Of a stretch of DNA of 64,000 nt, positions 31,794 through 41,655 are shown in pieces (the stretch's first letter is position 1; every line of letters begins with the position of its first letter). Source of the stretch: an uncultured Gammaproteobacteria bacterium (GTDB lineage Bacteria > Patescibacteriota > Patescibacteriia > UBA2591 > CAYTBZ01); assembly GCA_964436275.1 (NCBI GenBank), contig CAYTBZ010000001.1, positions 33,980 to 97,979 of the forward strand, written 5' to 3'. The position numbers were made by a program, and so were the translations under genes. The notes beneath the pieces were generated by a model. It saw only the letters and a list, made by a program, of their open reading frames with translations, made no database searches and was not told where the DNA came from.

Positions 31794-32168
31794 TCATCTC
31801 TGAGCAACAGTAGAAGGAATAGGCGAAACAAAATCTTTTTGGCTAATTTTAACTAAATTTAATCTTTGGGAAACTCTTTTTAAATTCTCAATTGATTGAA
31901 GTTGGGTTACTTTTAATTCTAATTCTTTATTAATATCCGCCAACTTACTAATCTGTTTATCTAATTCTTTTGACTTAAAAGTCAAAATAGTAAGATTGTT
32001 TATTGAAAAAAGATAAAAGAAGAGAGCTAATATCACAAAAATAAAGAGACAGTATTTTATCTTCTTAGCTTCACTTAAATACTTTATAAACGATTTTAAA
32101 GATCCTCTTTTCCTTCGAGCGAAAAAGTGATAATGGTAACGACGAGATAAAATGTTTGAATAAGCCAT
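31794..32168 (-). CDS. ftsL: FtsL-like cell division protein
   Basis: One TM plus coiled coil, located between rsmH and ftsI. Confidence 0.6.
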   Translation of the reverse strand: MAYSNILSRRYHYHFFARRKRGSLKSFIKYLSEAKKIKYCLFIFVILALFFYLFSINNLTILTFKSKELDKQISKLADINKELELKVTQLQSIENLKRVSQRLNLVKISQKDFVSPIPSTVAQR

Positions 32169-32188
32169 ATTTTTAAAATTAATTATAT

Positions 32189-33076
32189 TCATATTTTTTC
32201 AGCTACTCTCATTTTTGCGCTTCGAGCCCGAATATTTATTTCTATTTCTTCCTCAGAAGGACGTACTGGTTTTTTGGTAATTATTTTTAATTTATCCTGA
32301 TTGTCTAGAAAAAAATTCTTCACTATTCTATCCTCTAAAGAATGAAAAGAAATGACGATTATTCTTCCTTTTGGTTTTAAAAGTTCTACTGCCTGAGGAA
32401 TGGCTTTTTTTAAATTCTCTAATTCTTGATTAACTACAATACGTAATGCCTGAAACACCTTAGTTGCTGGATGAATTTTCCCTCTCCTCTTACCCTTCTT
32501 TTGATAGACCTTAACAATCAAATTAGCCAATTCTTTTGTGCTTTTTATTTTTTTCCTTTTTCTTTGTTGACAAATTTCTTGAGCAATTTCCCTGCTTAAT
32601 TTCTCTTCGCCATATCGCCTAAAGATGCTGGACAATTCATTTTCTGACCATTGGTTTATTATTTCTTCTGCTTTTAAGCCCTTTCCAGAAAGACGCATAT
32701 CTAACTCTGCTTCTTGAGAGAAAGAAAACCCTAACCACCCAGTTTTAATTTGGTCCAATGATAAACCCAGGTCAAATAAAATACCACTAATTGGAAGATT
32801 TGGAATTTGCTCATTGACTATTTTTTTTAAATTTACAAAATTATCTTGAACTAAAATAATTCTATCGCTAAATTCTTTTAACCTCTCCCGGCTTAGTTGA
32901 AGCGCCTTTTTATCAAGGTCAATAGCCAACAACTTTCCTTGGGGAGAAGTCCTCTTAAGAATTTCATAGGCATGTCCGCCTCCTCCTAAAGTACAATCTA
33001 TGAAATTTTCATTGCTCTTCGGTCTAAAAAATTTAATAACCTCTTTTAAAAGAACTGGCCGATGTAAAATTCCCAT
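32189..33076 (-). CDS. rsmH: 16S rRNA m4C1402 methyltransferase
   Basis: HRPVLL, DCTLGGGGH, FDLG, FQALRI, ISFHSLEDRIVK, ARSAKMR. Confidence 0.96.
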   Translation of the reverse strand: MGILHRPVLLKEVIKFFRPKSNENFIDCTLGGGGHAYEILKRTSPQGKLLAIDLDKKALQLSRERLKEFSDRIILVQDNFVNLKKIVNEQIPNLPISGILFDLGLSLDQIKTGWLGFSFSQEAELDMRLSGKGLKAEEIINQWSENELSSIFRRYGEEKLSREIAQEICQQRKRKKIKSTKELANLIVKVYQKKGKRRGKIHPATKVFQALRIVVNQELENLKKAIPQAVELLKPKGRIIVISFHSLEDRIVKNFFLDNQDKLKIITKKPVRPSEEEIEINIRARSAKMRVAEKI

Positions 33077-33081
33077 ATTTT

Positions 33082-33513
33082 TTATACTCCTAACTCCCCT
33101 AATGCTTCAGCAATATCACTGCTGCTTTTTTCTGTATTTGATTTATATTTCTCCCAACTTTCTTCATCCCAAATTTCTAATCGGTTAAAAAGTCCGGCAA
33201 TCACTACTTTTTTCTTCAAACTAGCATATTTTCTTAAATAATCAGGTAGGATTATCCGACCCTGCTTATCTATTTGGACATTCATTGCTCCAGCGAGCAT
33301 CAGACGAGAAAATGCCCGAGTATTGGCCTTACTAATTGGAAGTTTAACTAATTTATCAGCCAGTTTTTTCCATTCTTCAACTGGGTATAAAAACAAACAA
33401 TTATCCAGTCCCCGAGTTACTACTGCTCCCCTGCTTAATTTCTGACGAAATTTAACTGGAATAAAGAGACGTCCTTTTTGATCAATGGTATGATGGAATT
33501 CTCCAATAAACAT
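33082..33513 (-). CDS. mraZ: Transcriptional regulator MraZ
   Basis: MFIGEFHHTIDQKGRL, second DKQGRI repeat; start at 33513. Confidence 0.96.
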   Translation of the reverse strand: MFIGEFHHTIDQKGRLFIPVKFRQKLSRGAVVTRGLDNCLFLYPVEEWKKLADKLVKLPISKANTRAFSRLMLAGAMNVQIDKQGRIILPDYLRKYASLKKKVVIAGLFNRLEIWDEESWEKYKSNTEKSSSDIAEALGELGV

Positions 33514-33523
33514 ATTAATAAAG

Positions 33524-33630
33524 TTATCCACAATTCTTTTGACTTATCCCCACATTTATCCACAATTATCCACAACTAATATAAGTATACACCATTTTCC
33601 CCCACCAAACAACTATCAAGCTGTGGATAA
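33524..33630. promoter_or_regulatory. Cluster of four perfect TTATCCACA boxes with 10-bp-phased GTGG repeats upstream of mraZ
   Basis: TTATCCACA at 33524, 33556, 33566; TGTGGATAA at 33622; CCAC at 33550/33560/33570; -10 TATACT at 33589-33584. Confidence 0.75.
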
Positions 33631-33652
33631 CTTTTTAGAGAAATTTAATAAT

Positions 33653-33697
33653 AAAAAAAGACGGATTTTCACCCTCTTTTTTACTTCTAAATCCGTC
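33653..33697 (-). terminator. Possible terminator after tsaB
   Basis: GACGGATTT/AAATCCGTC arms with a 20-nt loop, followed by a T-run on the minus strand. Confidence 0.45.
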
Positions 33698-33713
33698 CCT
33701 TTAATAAATTCTT

Positions 33714-34145
33714 TTATCTTTCATAATAAGCCAACTCTCCGTAAAAGGGAAAAACGAATTTTGGTTGTTTTTTATTTTTAATTTTTTGATATTTTTTAAA
33801 AGCAATTTTGGCTAATTCCTGAAAATCATTAAACTCTTTTTGTCTAAATCCTAAAGCAGGAATTTTTAAGACAAAAGCAAAGGCATTCGCTACAGCACAG
33901 CCAGTTTTTAGAGAAGTATAAGAACCAGGTCCTTTCACAACAAAAAGCCCGGCTAATTCTGCCGGCTTAATTTTATTTTTTTCCAATAATTCATCAATGG
34001 CAAAAAGTAATTTCTCTGAATGCTTTTTTACACCTTTTCTAAAAACTGAATGGGAAATTAAACAATCGTTCTTAGCTAATCCGATAATTATTTTATCTCG
34101 TTGGGTTGTCTGAATTATTAGAAAAACATCTTTCTTTTTCTTCAT
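33714..34145 (-). CDS. tsaB: tRNA t6A biosynthesis protein TsaB (short form)
   Basis: HSEKLL, VVKGPGSYTSLKTG..ANAFAF. Confidence 0.85.
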   Translation of the reverse strand: MKKKKDVFLIIQTTQRDKIIIGLAKNDCLISHSVFRKGVKKHSEKLLFAIDELLEKNKIKPAELAGLFVVKGPGSYTSLKTGCAVANAFAFVLKIPALGFRQKEFNDFQELAKIAFKKYQKIKNKKQPKFVFPFYGELAYYER

Positions 34146-34756
34146 CTTATTTTTGACTTCAATTTAGAATTATTAAGGAGAATAATTTTTCTGTTTTCTA
34201 GGATATTAAAGATAAAACGGTCAGTCAGTTCTCGACGGTTAATAAACTCTCTTTGAGTCATTATCGTATAAAAAATTGGTCTTTCTAATTCTCTTTCGAA
34301 TTTTCTGATGATTCTCTTAATTTTCTTTCTGTTTATTCGACCAACAATTAAAATATCTGTCTGGGTGTTAGGAACCCCGGTAAATATTCCGGTTAAAATT
34401 ATCAAATGAACTTTCCCTGCTTTTTGAATCTTCTTAACTAAAGAGTTTCTTAATAAAAGTTGAGATTTGGTAACCAATGCTTTTAATTCCGGATAAAGAA
34501 CAAAATTTTTATTAACTTGATAATATTTCTTCTTAATCTTTCCCTTTCTTTCAATTCCTAATTCCTTTAACTCTTTATTACTTAACTCTTTCAAAAAACC
34601 AATTTTTTTTAAATTTTCTATTTCCCGACGTAAAGCATTTAAATGAATCCCTAATTGTCGAGACATTTCTCGTAAATAAAATGTTGAGTCAATTTCCGTT
34701 AAGAAAAATCTCAATAATTTTGCTCTTGTTTTGGAGCCAAATAATTTTTCTAACAT
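34142..34756 (-). CDS. Winged-HTH plus degenerate nucleotidyltransferase-like protein
   Basis: LFGSKTRAKLL..YLREMSRQL..RREIENL HTH; C-terminal LTGIF..TDILIVG. Confidence 0.7.
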   Translation of the reverse strand: MLEKLFGSKTRAKLLRFFLTEIDSTFYLREMSRQLGIHLNALRREIENLKKIGFLKELSNKELKELGIERKGKIKKKYYQVNKNFVLYPELKALVTKSQLLLRNSLVKKIQKAGKVHLIILTGIFTGVPNTQTDILIVGRINRKKIKRIIRKFERELERPIFYTIMTQREFINRRELTDRFIFNILENRKIILLNNSKLKSKIR

Positions 34757-34831
34757 ATAGAAAATAGAGATAAAACTTGTTTTTTCCTTATCATTATTAT
34801 AATATTTAAGAAGGGAAAGGTAAAGAAAAGT

Positions 34832-37030
34832 ATGTTCAAATATAAAATACAGCTGGAAAAACTAATTGTCTCTCCCAAAGAAAAAGAAGGAAAAACCATT
34901 CCTTTTTCTTTTATTTCTGAAGAAGATAATCTTTTGGGCAGTTTGTTTATTATAGGCGAAATAAACGCTTTCCCCAAGAAAAAAGAAAAACCGCAACAAG
35001 CCCTTAATGAATTAATTAATTTTTTAATTGAATCCATAAGAAAAAATTATTTTGACCAGCCATCTTGTCCAACACCCGAAGAACCCTTAGAAAAAACATT
35101 GGAAAAAGTAAATGAAGAATGGCAAGAAAATTTAACAAAAAATTCAGAGATATTAGAAGAGATAGATTTTAAAAGAATTCTTCAAACCCTTCATCTTGTT
35201 GTTGGCGCAGTTAAAGAAAACAATATCTCTTTTTCCCGTTTGGGTATAGCCCACGCTCTTTTAATTAGAGAAAATAAAATAGTGGATATTTTTTCGTCCT
35301 CAGAAGAAAATAATAAAATAAACATTTTTAAGCCATTCTCTAATATTGTCTCAGGTAAACTCAAAAATAACGAAATTATTTTTTTCTGCTTTGATAATTT
35401 TTTGGATTATTTTTCCTTAGAAAAAATAAAAAGAATTCTCCAAGAATACCAACCGGACAAGGCAGCCTCTTATTTACAAAGTTTAATCCAGCCCATTGAG
35501 TCATCAAGAAGTTTCTCGGCTATCATTCTAAAAATAACTCCCCAAAAGAAAACTATTCCTAAAACCATTCATCTTCCTGTGCAGGCAGAAGATTCCTTAA
35601 GTCAATTAATTCTTAAACAAAAAGAAACAGAAAAATTTATTCATCCCTCACCTATTCCTTCATTCCGTTTTCCATTTAAAAAAATAGTCAATCAAATAAA
35701 ATCTCTAAAAGAGAAAAAAGAATCTAAAAAAATTAAAAAGGAAATAAAAAAAGTAAAAAGTCAACTTCTATCTTTAATAAACTCAATAAAGAGAAAAAAA
35801 ATTACCTCTTTTATTGGAGAACAAGTAATTTCTTTGAATAATAAGATAGTCAGTAGATTTCCTCGAATAAAAAAAATAAATATCAAATTGCCTCAATGGA
35901 AAATTAAGGCAAAACTAGTTAAAATCCCTCGGCACAATCGCACTTATTTTGTCGGTGCTGTCACCATTGCTATAATTCTCATTTTAGGAATTTCTATTTC
36001 CTTGCTTTACCAATCTCATCAGAAAAAAATTAGATATTATCATCAAGTAATCAATGAAATTAAAGAAAAACAAACTTTGATTAGTTCAGCCCTAATTTAC
36101 CGTAATGAAAAAAAAGCAAAAGCCCTTCTCTCAGAAGTGAACAAACTTCTCCAAGAAATACCTTCCAACAAATCTCGCTGGCAAAGTATATATGAAGAAT
36201 TATCAGAAAAGAATGAGCAGCAACTTAATCAAGTACGTCATTTAGTCAAATTGGAAAACCCCTTTCTTCTTGTAAATTTAGAAACAAAAGAAACAAACTT
36301 TCAACCGAACCACCTTCTTGTTTTTAAGGATAACCTTTATTTTTGGCAAGGATATAATCTTTATCAAATTAATTTAAGAGATAAAAAAATAAAAAAAATT
36401 GCTCACTCACCATCAGACCAAGGCAACTTAAAACTGGCTGATGTCTTTGATGAAAATTCTCTCATCTTCTTTACAGATAAGCAAAATTTTCTCAAATATG
36501 ACTTAAAAGAAAAGTCATTCTCTCCGTTAAATGTAGAAACAAAACACCATTTAGGAGAAGTCAAAGATATTGAAATCTACGCTAATCGCCTTTATCTTTT
36601 AGATAAAACTAACAATCAAATTTATAAATACCTCCAACTAAAAAATGGTCTGGGCAAAGAAACTACTTGGCTAAAAGACAAAATAAACCTTCAAGAAACA
36701 GTCAATTTAGCTATTGACAGCAATATCTGGCTAGCTAAAAGTAATGGTGAAATTGTTAAACTTTATTTAGGTAAAAAACAAAACTGGCAAGCAAAAATTG
36801 ATCCTCCTCTAAATTCAATAAATAAAATTTATACTAAATTAGATTATAACTATCTTTATATTATTGACGCTAAAAGTAAAAGGGTGATTATTCTAGATAA
36901 GAATGGTAAATTATATCAGCAGTTTGAATCAGATAAATTTGATGATTTAAAAGATATAATTGTTGATGAACCAGCAGGAAAAATTTATCTGCTAAATAAA
37001 GCAAAAATCTATTTAATCCAATTTAAATAA
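34832..37030 (+). CDS. Large membrane-anchored hypothetical protein (cytoplasmic N-domain, one TM, beta-propeller-like C-domain)
   Basis: 732 aa; TM near aa 373-393; repeated LYLLD/IWLA/LYIID/IYLL beta-strand motifs. Confidence 0.75.
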   Translation: MFKYKIQLEKLIVSPKEKEGKTIPFSFISEEDNLLGSLFIIGEINAFPKKKEKPQQALNELINFLIESIRKNYFDQPSCPTPEEPLEKTLEKVNEEWQENLTKNSEILEEIDFKRILQTLHLVVGAVKENNISFSRLGIAHALLIRENKIVDIFSSSEENNKINIFKPFSNIVSGKLKNNEIIFFCFDNFLDYFSLEKIKRILQEYQPDKAASYLQSLIQPIESSRSFSAIILKITPQKKTIPKTIHLPVQAEDSLSQLILKQKETEKFIHPSPIPSFRFPFKKIVNQIKSLKEKKESKKIKKEIKKVKSQLLSLINSIKRKKITSFIGEQVISLNNKIVSRFPRIKKINIKLPQWKIKAKLVKIPRHNRTYFVGAVTIAIILILGISISLLYQSHQKKIRYYHQVINEIKEKQTLISSALIYRNEKKAKALLSEVNKLLQEIPSNKSRWQSIYEELSEKNEQQLNQVRHLVKLENPFLLVNLETKETNFQPNHLLVFKDNLYFWQGYNLYQINLRDKKIKKIAHSPSDQGNLKLADVFDENSLIFFTDKQNFLKYDLKEKSFSPLNVETKHHLGEVKDIEIYANRLYLLDKTNNQIYKYLQLKNGLGKETTWLKDKINLQETVNLAIDSNIWLAKSNGEIVKLYLGKKQNWQAKIDPPLNSINKIYTKLDYNYLYIIDAKSKRVIILDKNGKLYQQFESDKFDDLKDIIVDEPAGKIYLLNKAKIYLIQFK

Positions 37031-37070
37031 TTTATTGTCAGTCAAATTATTTTTTGGTTATAAAAATAAA

Positions 37071-37103
37071 TAATAAAAGCGCTAGAAAACAGCGCTTTTA
37101 TTA
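37071..37103. terminator. Bidirectional intrinsic terminator
   Basis: TAATAAAAGCGCT-AGAAAAC-AGCGCTTTTATTA, perfect 13-bp arms between convergent genes. Confidence 0.8.
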
Positions 37104-37133
37104 AATCTAAATCACTTACTGATGTCTCTAAAA

Positions 37134-37613
37134 TTATTTCAAGGTTACTTTAGCGCCCGCACTTTCCAGTTTCTTTTTTAATTCTTCTGCTTCCTCTTTT
37201 TTAATTCCTGATTTAATTACCTGAGGAACATTATCAACTATGTCTTTACATTCCTTAAGCCCCTTTTGGGTAATTTCTCTTAAAATTTTAATCACTTCAA
37301 TTCGGTTATCTCCTGCTTCAGAAAGTTCTAAGTCAAAAGTAGATTTTTCTTCTTCTCCTGCTCCAGAAGCTCCTTGACCCGGAGAACCAGCTGGAGCAGA
37401 AGCCATAGAGACAATCGGGCTAACACCAAATTTATCTTCTAAGATTTTCACCAATTCAGCCAAATCTAAAACAGACATTTTTTCAATTTCTTCAACTATT
37501 TTCTTAAACTTCTCAGGAACTTTTACTTCCTCTTTTTCTTTTTCCTCTGTTTTTTTCTCTTCTTGTTTTTTCTCTTCTTGTTTTTTTTCTTCTTGTTTTT
37601 TTTCTTCACTCAT
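37134..37613 (-). CDS. rplL: 50S ribosomal protein L7/L12
   Basis: [47 protein letters not shown]. Confidence 0.96.
   Translation of the reverse strand: MSEEKKQEEKKQEEKKQEEKKTEEKEKEEVKVPEKFKKIVEEIEKMSVLDLAELVKILEDKFGVSPIVSMASAPAGSPGQGASGAGEEEKSTFDLELSEAGDNRIEVIKILREITQKGLKECKDIVDNVPQVIKSGIKKEEAEELKKKLESAGAKVTLK
37551..37607 (-). repeat. 15-bp tandem repeat encoding EEKKQ in the L7/L12 N-terminus
   Basis: GAA GAR AAA AAA CAA, about four copies. Confidence 0.8.
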
Positions 37614-37634
37614 AGTTTTATGATTAATTTTAAA

Positions 37635-38159
37635 TTATTCTTTAGCCTGTTGAATTGCTTTTAAAATATAAGTAAAACTGCGCAAAGGACTAGACAAAAC
37701 ATTTATCAAACCAAAAATAGGACCTCTAATTGAAGCAATAAGTTGGTTAATTAATTCATTCTTTGTGGGTAATTTAGCCAATGAGATTATCTCTTCTTTT
37801 TCAAGAAATTTATTCCCTAAAAATCCTCCAAAAATTTCCAATGCCTCGTGTTTTTTCCTAAACTCATAAAGAATCTTTGCCGGCAAAATTTCATCTTCAA
37901 AACCAAAAGCCAAAGCAATTCCACCTTCAAACTTTTTTAAATCAACCCCATTAATTCCTGTCTCTTCTAAAGCAATCTTCAATAATGTTTTCTTAACAAC
38001 TAAATACTCTCCTCCCTCCTTTTTTAATTTGCTTCTCAATTCATCAACTTCATTAACCTTTAAACCAAAATAATTGGCTAAAACAACACTTTTCATTGCT
38101 TTTAACTTCTCAACTAAATTTTTAACAATCTTCTCTTTTTCTTGTCTTGTTTTAGTCAT
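37635..38159 (-). CDS. rplJ: 50S ribosomal protein L10
   Basis: GLKVNEVDELRSKL, VVKKTLLKIAL, LAKLPTK; upstream of rplL. Confidence 0.95.
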   Translation of the reverse strand: MTKTRQEKEKIVKNLVEKLKAMKSVVLANYFGLKVNEVDELRSKLKKEGGEYLVVKKTLLKIALEETGINGVDLKKFEGGIALAFGFEDEILPAKILYEFRKKHEALEIFGGFLGNKFLEKEEIISLAKLPTKNELINQLIASIRGPIFGLINVLSSPLRSFTYILKAIQQAKE

Positions 38160-38170
38160 AAAAATAAATT

Positions 38171-38266
38171 AAAAATGGTCTGTATTCCCAGACCGCTAAA
38201 ATTCATCAATCTTCGGTCGCCTCGGCAGGATTTATCTGCAAAAGCAGACCTGCGGTCTTGGGCAAC
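38171..38266 (-). ncRNA. Ribosomal protein L10 leader
   Basis: Minus strand CCAAGACCGCAGG...TAAATCCTGCCGAGG matches the L10-leader pattern; GGTCTG/CAGACC hairpin then T-run; promoter TTGACA-N16-TATACT at 38301-38274. Confidence 0.8.
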
Positions 38267-38311
38267 TAAGATAAGTATATCAAACAAGAAGAAAGTGTCA
38301 ATAGGTTATAC

Positions 38312-39973
38312 TCAATGCACCTCCTCTTGTTTCTCTTTTAAGAAATAGCGCCAACGCTCCAAAAACTCAACAAATAAAACAAATGGGCTATCTATTAAAA
38401 TAGTAAAGAAAATACCAACAACATTATACTTTCTCCAACGAGCAGCTAACCATTTACCAAAATGAATTATCGGCAGAATAAGAGGATAAATTAAAAACGT
38501 CCATAAACCTTCTTTCGCCTTGGTCATATGAAGCTCGCGCGCTCTTTTTCTGATTAACGAACCAGTAAAGAAAATTAAAGAAGTAAAGATGACGAAAATA
38601 GCATAAGAAAGAACGGTTGGAAAATGGATAAAATATAAAAAGCCAATAATTATTGCTAAAGAAATAACAGCCCCTAAAGCATAAATAAAACCAAAGATAG
38701 TTTTAGTTATTGGACCTTTTGGAGGATAATATTCTATATCAATTGGTTTAATATTTTCTTTTTGATAAATACTATTCTCTAATTCTTCCATTACTAAATC
38801 AAAATTATTTTTTGGAGGCAATCTAATAGTAGAAACCAGAAAGAACATCAAACCTGTTGGAACAAAAATATCGCATAAGGCGGAAACTAAATTAAATTTT
38901 CCGGTAACCAACTTTGTAAAAGGAATTTCAACTAAATAAAGAGAAAAGACATTAGTTAAAAAAACAGAAAGAGTAGTATAAAAAGCAGAGCGAAAAAGTC
39001 GTTTTCTTAAAGTAGATAATCTTTTTTTATAAGCAGCAAAAATTTCTTTTCTCATCACATTTGGATCAAGAATATCATCAGGGAGTTCTTCCTCCTCGTT
39101 AAAAAAGACATCTCCTAATAGGAGAAAAGGGGTATCATATAATTCAAAAACATCGTAAAAACGATCGGCTAAAAGATGAGAAAAATAACTTTCTATTTTT
39201 CCTAAAAGACGGTGGATATTTTCAGTGATTTCTTTAATGGATTCCTCTTCCCAACTAAACCATTTTGGGTAATATCTTTTGATTAAATTATAAGTGATAA
39301 TTGGCTTATCTAATTTAAAAAGCGATTGACAGACAGCAATATAGATTAATATCTTTTTATCTCCTTCAGTTAAATTACTTATTCTCTTAGCGGTTTCACT
39401 TACTCTCACTCGCCGGCTCATTACTCCTTCCATCAATTCTATTAAGATATCGGCTTTACGATAACTTAAAGGGTCAAGTATTTCTTCAGTTTCACAAGCA
39501 GCAATTTTTAAAATATCATCCTGAAATTGCGGCTTGGTCACTCCTTCCGGTGGCTCAGGAGCATTTTCTAATATATATTTATACTTTTCCAATAATCTTT
39601 GGACTCGAGGAATAATTGATTTTTTAATAGAATCATTGGGAAAATAGCCACCCCGGATTAAATTGAGGACTGTTTCTTCTCCAACATTGCTAAAAGAATT
39701 TCTTTTTAAAAATAATGCTCTTTTTAACACACGCTCAATAGCAATCCTTCTCATTAAATGTTCCTCTTTCCAATCAACAACTTTTCTGATTTTTTCATAA
39801 AAGACAGCAACTTTACTGCTAACCTCATCAACATGGATAGTTGGGGCTAAAACTGGTTCTTTTTTTCTTTTTAGATAATCAGCCCTTTCTCTAAGAAAAT
39901 TTTCCATTTCCCGAGAAATCATCAGTGGTTTATTTACTTTATTTTTTTCTTTATTAATCTTTCGCAAATACAT
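38312..39973 (-). CDS. Hypothetical membrane protein
   Basis: 553 aa; IHVDEVSSKVAVFYEKIR..EEHLMRR N-domain and several C-terminal TMs. Confidence 0.75.
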   Translation of the reverse strand: MYLRKINKEKNKVNKPLMISREMENFLRERADYLKRKKEPVLAPTIHVDEVSSKVAVFYEKIRKVVDWKEEHLMRRIAIERVLKRALFLKRNSFSNVGEETVLNLIRGGYFPNDSIKKSIIPRVQRLLEKYKYILENAPEPPEGVTKPQFQDDILKIAACETEEILDPLSYRKADILIELMEGVMSRRVRVSETAKRISNLTEGDKKILIYIAVCQSLFKLDKPIITYNLIKRYYPKWFSWEEESIKEITENIHRLLGKIESYFSHLLADRFYDVFELYDTPFLLLGDVFFNEEEELPDDILDPNVMRKEIFAAYKKRLSTLRKRLFRSAFYTTLSVFLTNVFSLYLVEIPFTKLVTGKFNLVSALCDIFVPTGLMFFLVSTIRLPPKNNFDLVMEELENSIYQKENIKPIDIEYYPPKGPITKTIFGFIYALGAVISLAIIIGFLYFIHFPTVLSYAIFVIFTSLIFFTGSLIRKRARELHMTKAKEGLWTFLIYPLILPIIHFGKWLAARWRKYNVVGIFFTILIDSPFVLFVEFLERWRYFLKEKQEEVH

Positions 39974-39978
39974 ATCTT

Positions 39979-41010
39979 TTATTTTAAATATTTTTCTTTT
40001 GCTGAGATATGACCTGCATAATCCTTTCTAAAAATAACCTTACCCTCAGGTGTGGTTAGAAAATACCAATAATCTGTTTTTTGAGGGTAAATAGCCGCTA
40101 AAATAGAAGACATACCCGGATTACAGATTGGTCCTGGCGGTAAACCTCTATATTTATAAGTATTATAAGGAGAATCTATTTTGGTATCCCTGATAGAACT
40201 TCTTAATTTATTTTTCTTGGTAATATAATTTATAGTAGAATCAGCTTGAAGAGGCAAGTTGTTTTCTAATCTTTTATAAAAAATATCAGCAACAATTCTT
40301 CTATCATTATCTTTAGCCACTTCTTTTTCAATAATAGAAGCTAAAGTAACAATCTGATGAATGGTTCTCCCCTTCTCTTTTATTACTTCTCTTAAGTGGG
40401 GATTCATTTTCTTATCAAAATTATCTAAAAATTTTTTTATCAATGCTTCGGCTGAGGTCTGTTTATAAACACGATAAGTATCAGGAAAAAGATATCCCTC
40501 TAAACCAGTACCCTTCGGTTTATCTTTTAAAAAATCATAAGATAAAGAAAATTTATTCTCATCTATTTCCCTTTGGATTTTATCTAAAGCAGTAAAAAAA
40601 TCTTCTTCTTTTCTTATTAAACCCTGACTAACTAAATATTGAGCAATTTTTTCTTTGGTCCAGCCCTCTTTAATAGTTATCTTCTTTTCTAAAACTATCC
40701 CCTCGCCTGAAGTAAGAATATCTCCTATTTGTTTAATATTTTTTTTACCTCCTATTTTATACTCTCCAGCCAAAACTTTTTTACCACACGCCTTTTTAAA
40801 ATTTAAATAAAGGGTAAAGGTAAACTTGCTTTTTATCAAATTTTGCTCAAGAAGGTCGTCGGCAATTTCTTCAACCTTTTCACCCCTTTTTATTTCAATT
40901 CGCTTTTCTCCGTTTATTTCTACCGGAGAATAAAGATTAGTAAGAAATATCAAAAAAATACCAATAATAACAATAATGACATCTAAAATCAATTTTTTAG
41001 AAACTGACAT
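39979..41010 (-). CDS. mltG: Endolytic transglycosylase MltG
   Basis: LEGYLFPDTY, LASIIEKE, SPYNTY..GLPPGPICNPG. Confidence 0.94.
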   Translation of the reverse strand: MSVSKKLILDVIIVIIGIFLIFLTNLYSPVEINGEKRIEIKRGEKVEEIADDLLEQNLIKSKFTFTLYLNFKKACGKKVLAGEYKIGGKKNIKQIGDILTSGEGIVLEKKITIKEGWTKEKIAQYLVSQGLIRKEEDFFTALDKIQREIDENKFSLSYDFLKDKPKGTGLEGYLFPDTYRVYKQTSAEALIKKFLDNFDKKMNPHLREVIKEKGRTIHQIVTLASIIEKEVAKDNDRRIVADIFYKRLENNLPLQADSTINYITKKNKLRSSIRDTKIDSPYNTYKYRGLPPGPICNPGMSSILAAIYPQKTDYWYFLTTPEGKVIFRKDYAGHISAKEKYLK

Positions 41011-41019
41011 AAAAAGATT

Positions 41020-41655
41020 TTAACTTTTGTCTTTGCTAATTAGAGGGACAAAAACAAAACCGGGATGCTTTTCCCTTTCGTATTGGTCCTCGTCAATTTT
41101 TCTGACCAGAACCATATCTTGCGTGTAGACACCGACAGGAATAACCAAACGACCGCCGATCCTTAATTGTTCTAAAAGTGGACGAGGAATTTCTGAAGCA
41201 GCAGCGGCAACATGAATCCGGTCAAAAGGAGCATACTCTTCTAACCCCTTAGAACCGTCCGCACAAATAAATTTAGCAATTCCCCTACTAACAAAGCCGT
41301 ATTTCTCAGCATTCTTTTCGCCGAATTCTTTTAATTCCTCAATGATTTCTACAGCATAAACTTTTCCTGTCTCTCCAACTATTTCTGAAAGAAGAGCCGT
41401 TGTCCAACCTGAACCTGAGCCAATATCCAAAATTATCTGCCCCTTTTTTGGCTGAAGCAACTCTAACATAAAAGCAACAGTTGAAGGTTGGGAAATGGTC
41501 TGGTTAAAACCAATAGGAAAGGGCTCATTAACCTCGGCTTTGTCTTTAGCCGCTTCAACCATAAAATCTCGCCGGTTTATCTTACGGAAAGCAGCAATAA
41601 TCTCCGGAGTTTTTAAAATCCCTTGGTCAATTAATTGGTCTACTAGTTTGCTCAT
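41020..41655 (-). CDS. pcm: Protein-L-isoaspartate O-methyltransferase
   Basis: QTISQP, LDIGSGSGW, APFDRIHVAAA, FVFVPL. Confidence 0.94.
   Translation of the reverse strand: MSKLVDQLIDQGILKTPEIIAAFRKINRRDFMVEAAKDKAEVNEPFPIGFNQTISQPSTVAFMLELLQPKKGQIILDIGSGSGWTTALLSEIVGETGKVYAVEIIEELKEFGEKNAEKYGFVSRGIAKFICADGSKGLEEYAPFDRIHVAAAASEIPRPLLEQLRIGGRLVIPVGVYTQDMVLVRKIDEDQYEREKHPGFVFVPLISKDKS

Noticed and set aside
33524-33630. oriC
   Set aside because: No dnaA or dnaN nearby, no switch in gene orientation, and the boxes sit in the mraZ promoter; not fully excluded without GC-skew
33539-33781. 80-aa plus-strand ORF
   Set aside because: Runs through the mraZ regulatory boxes and the tsaB 3' end; no SD or recognisable protein features
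38142-38348. 68-aa plus-strand ORF
   Set aside because: Antisense to the L10 leader and promoter
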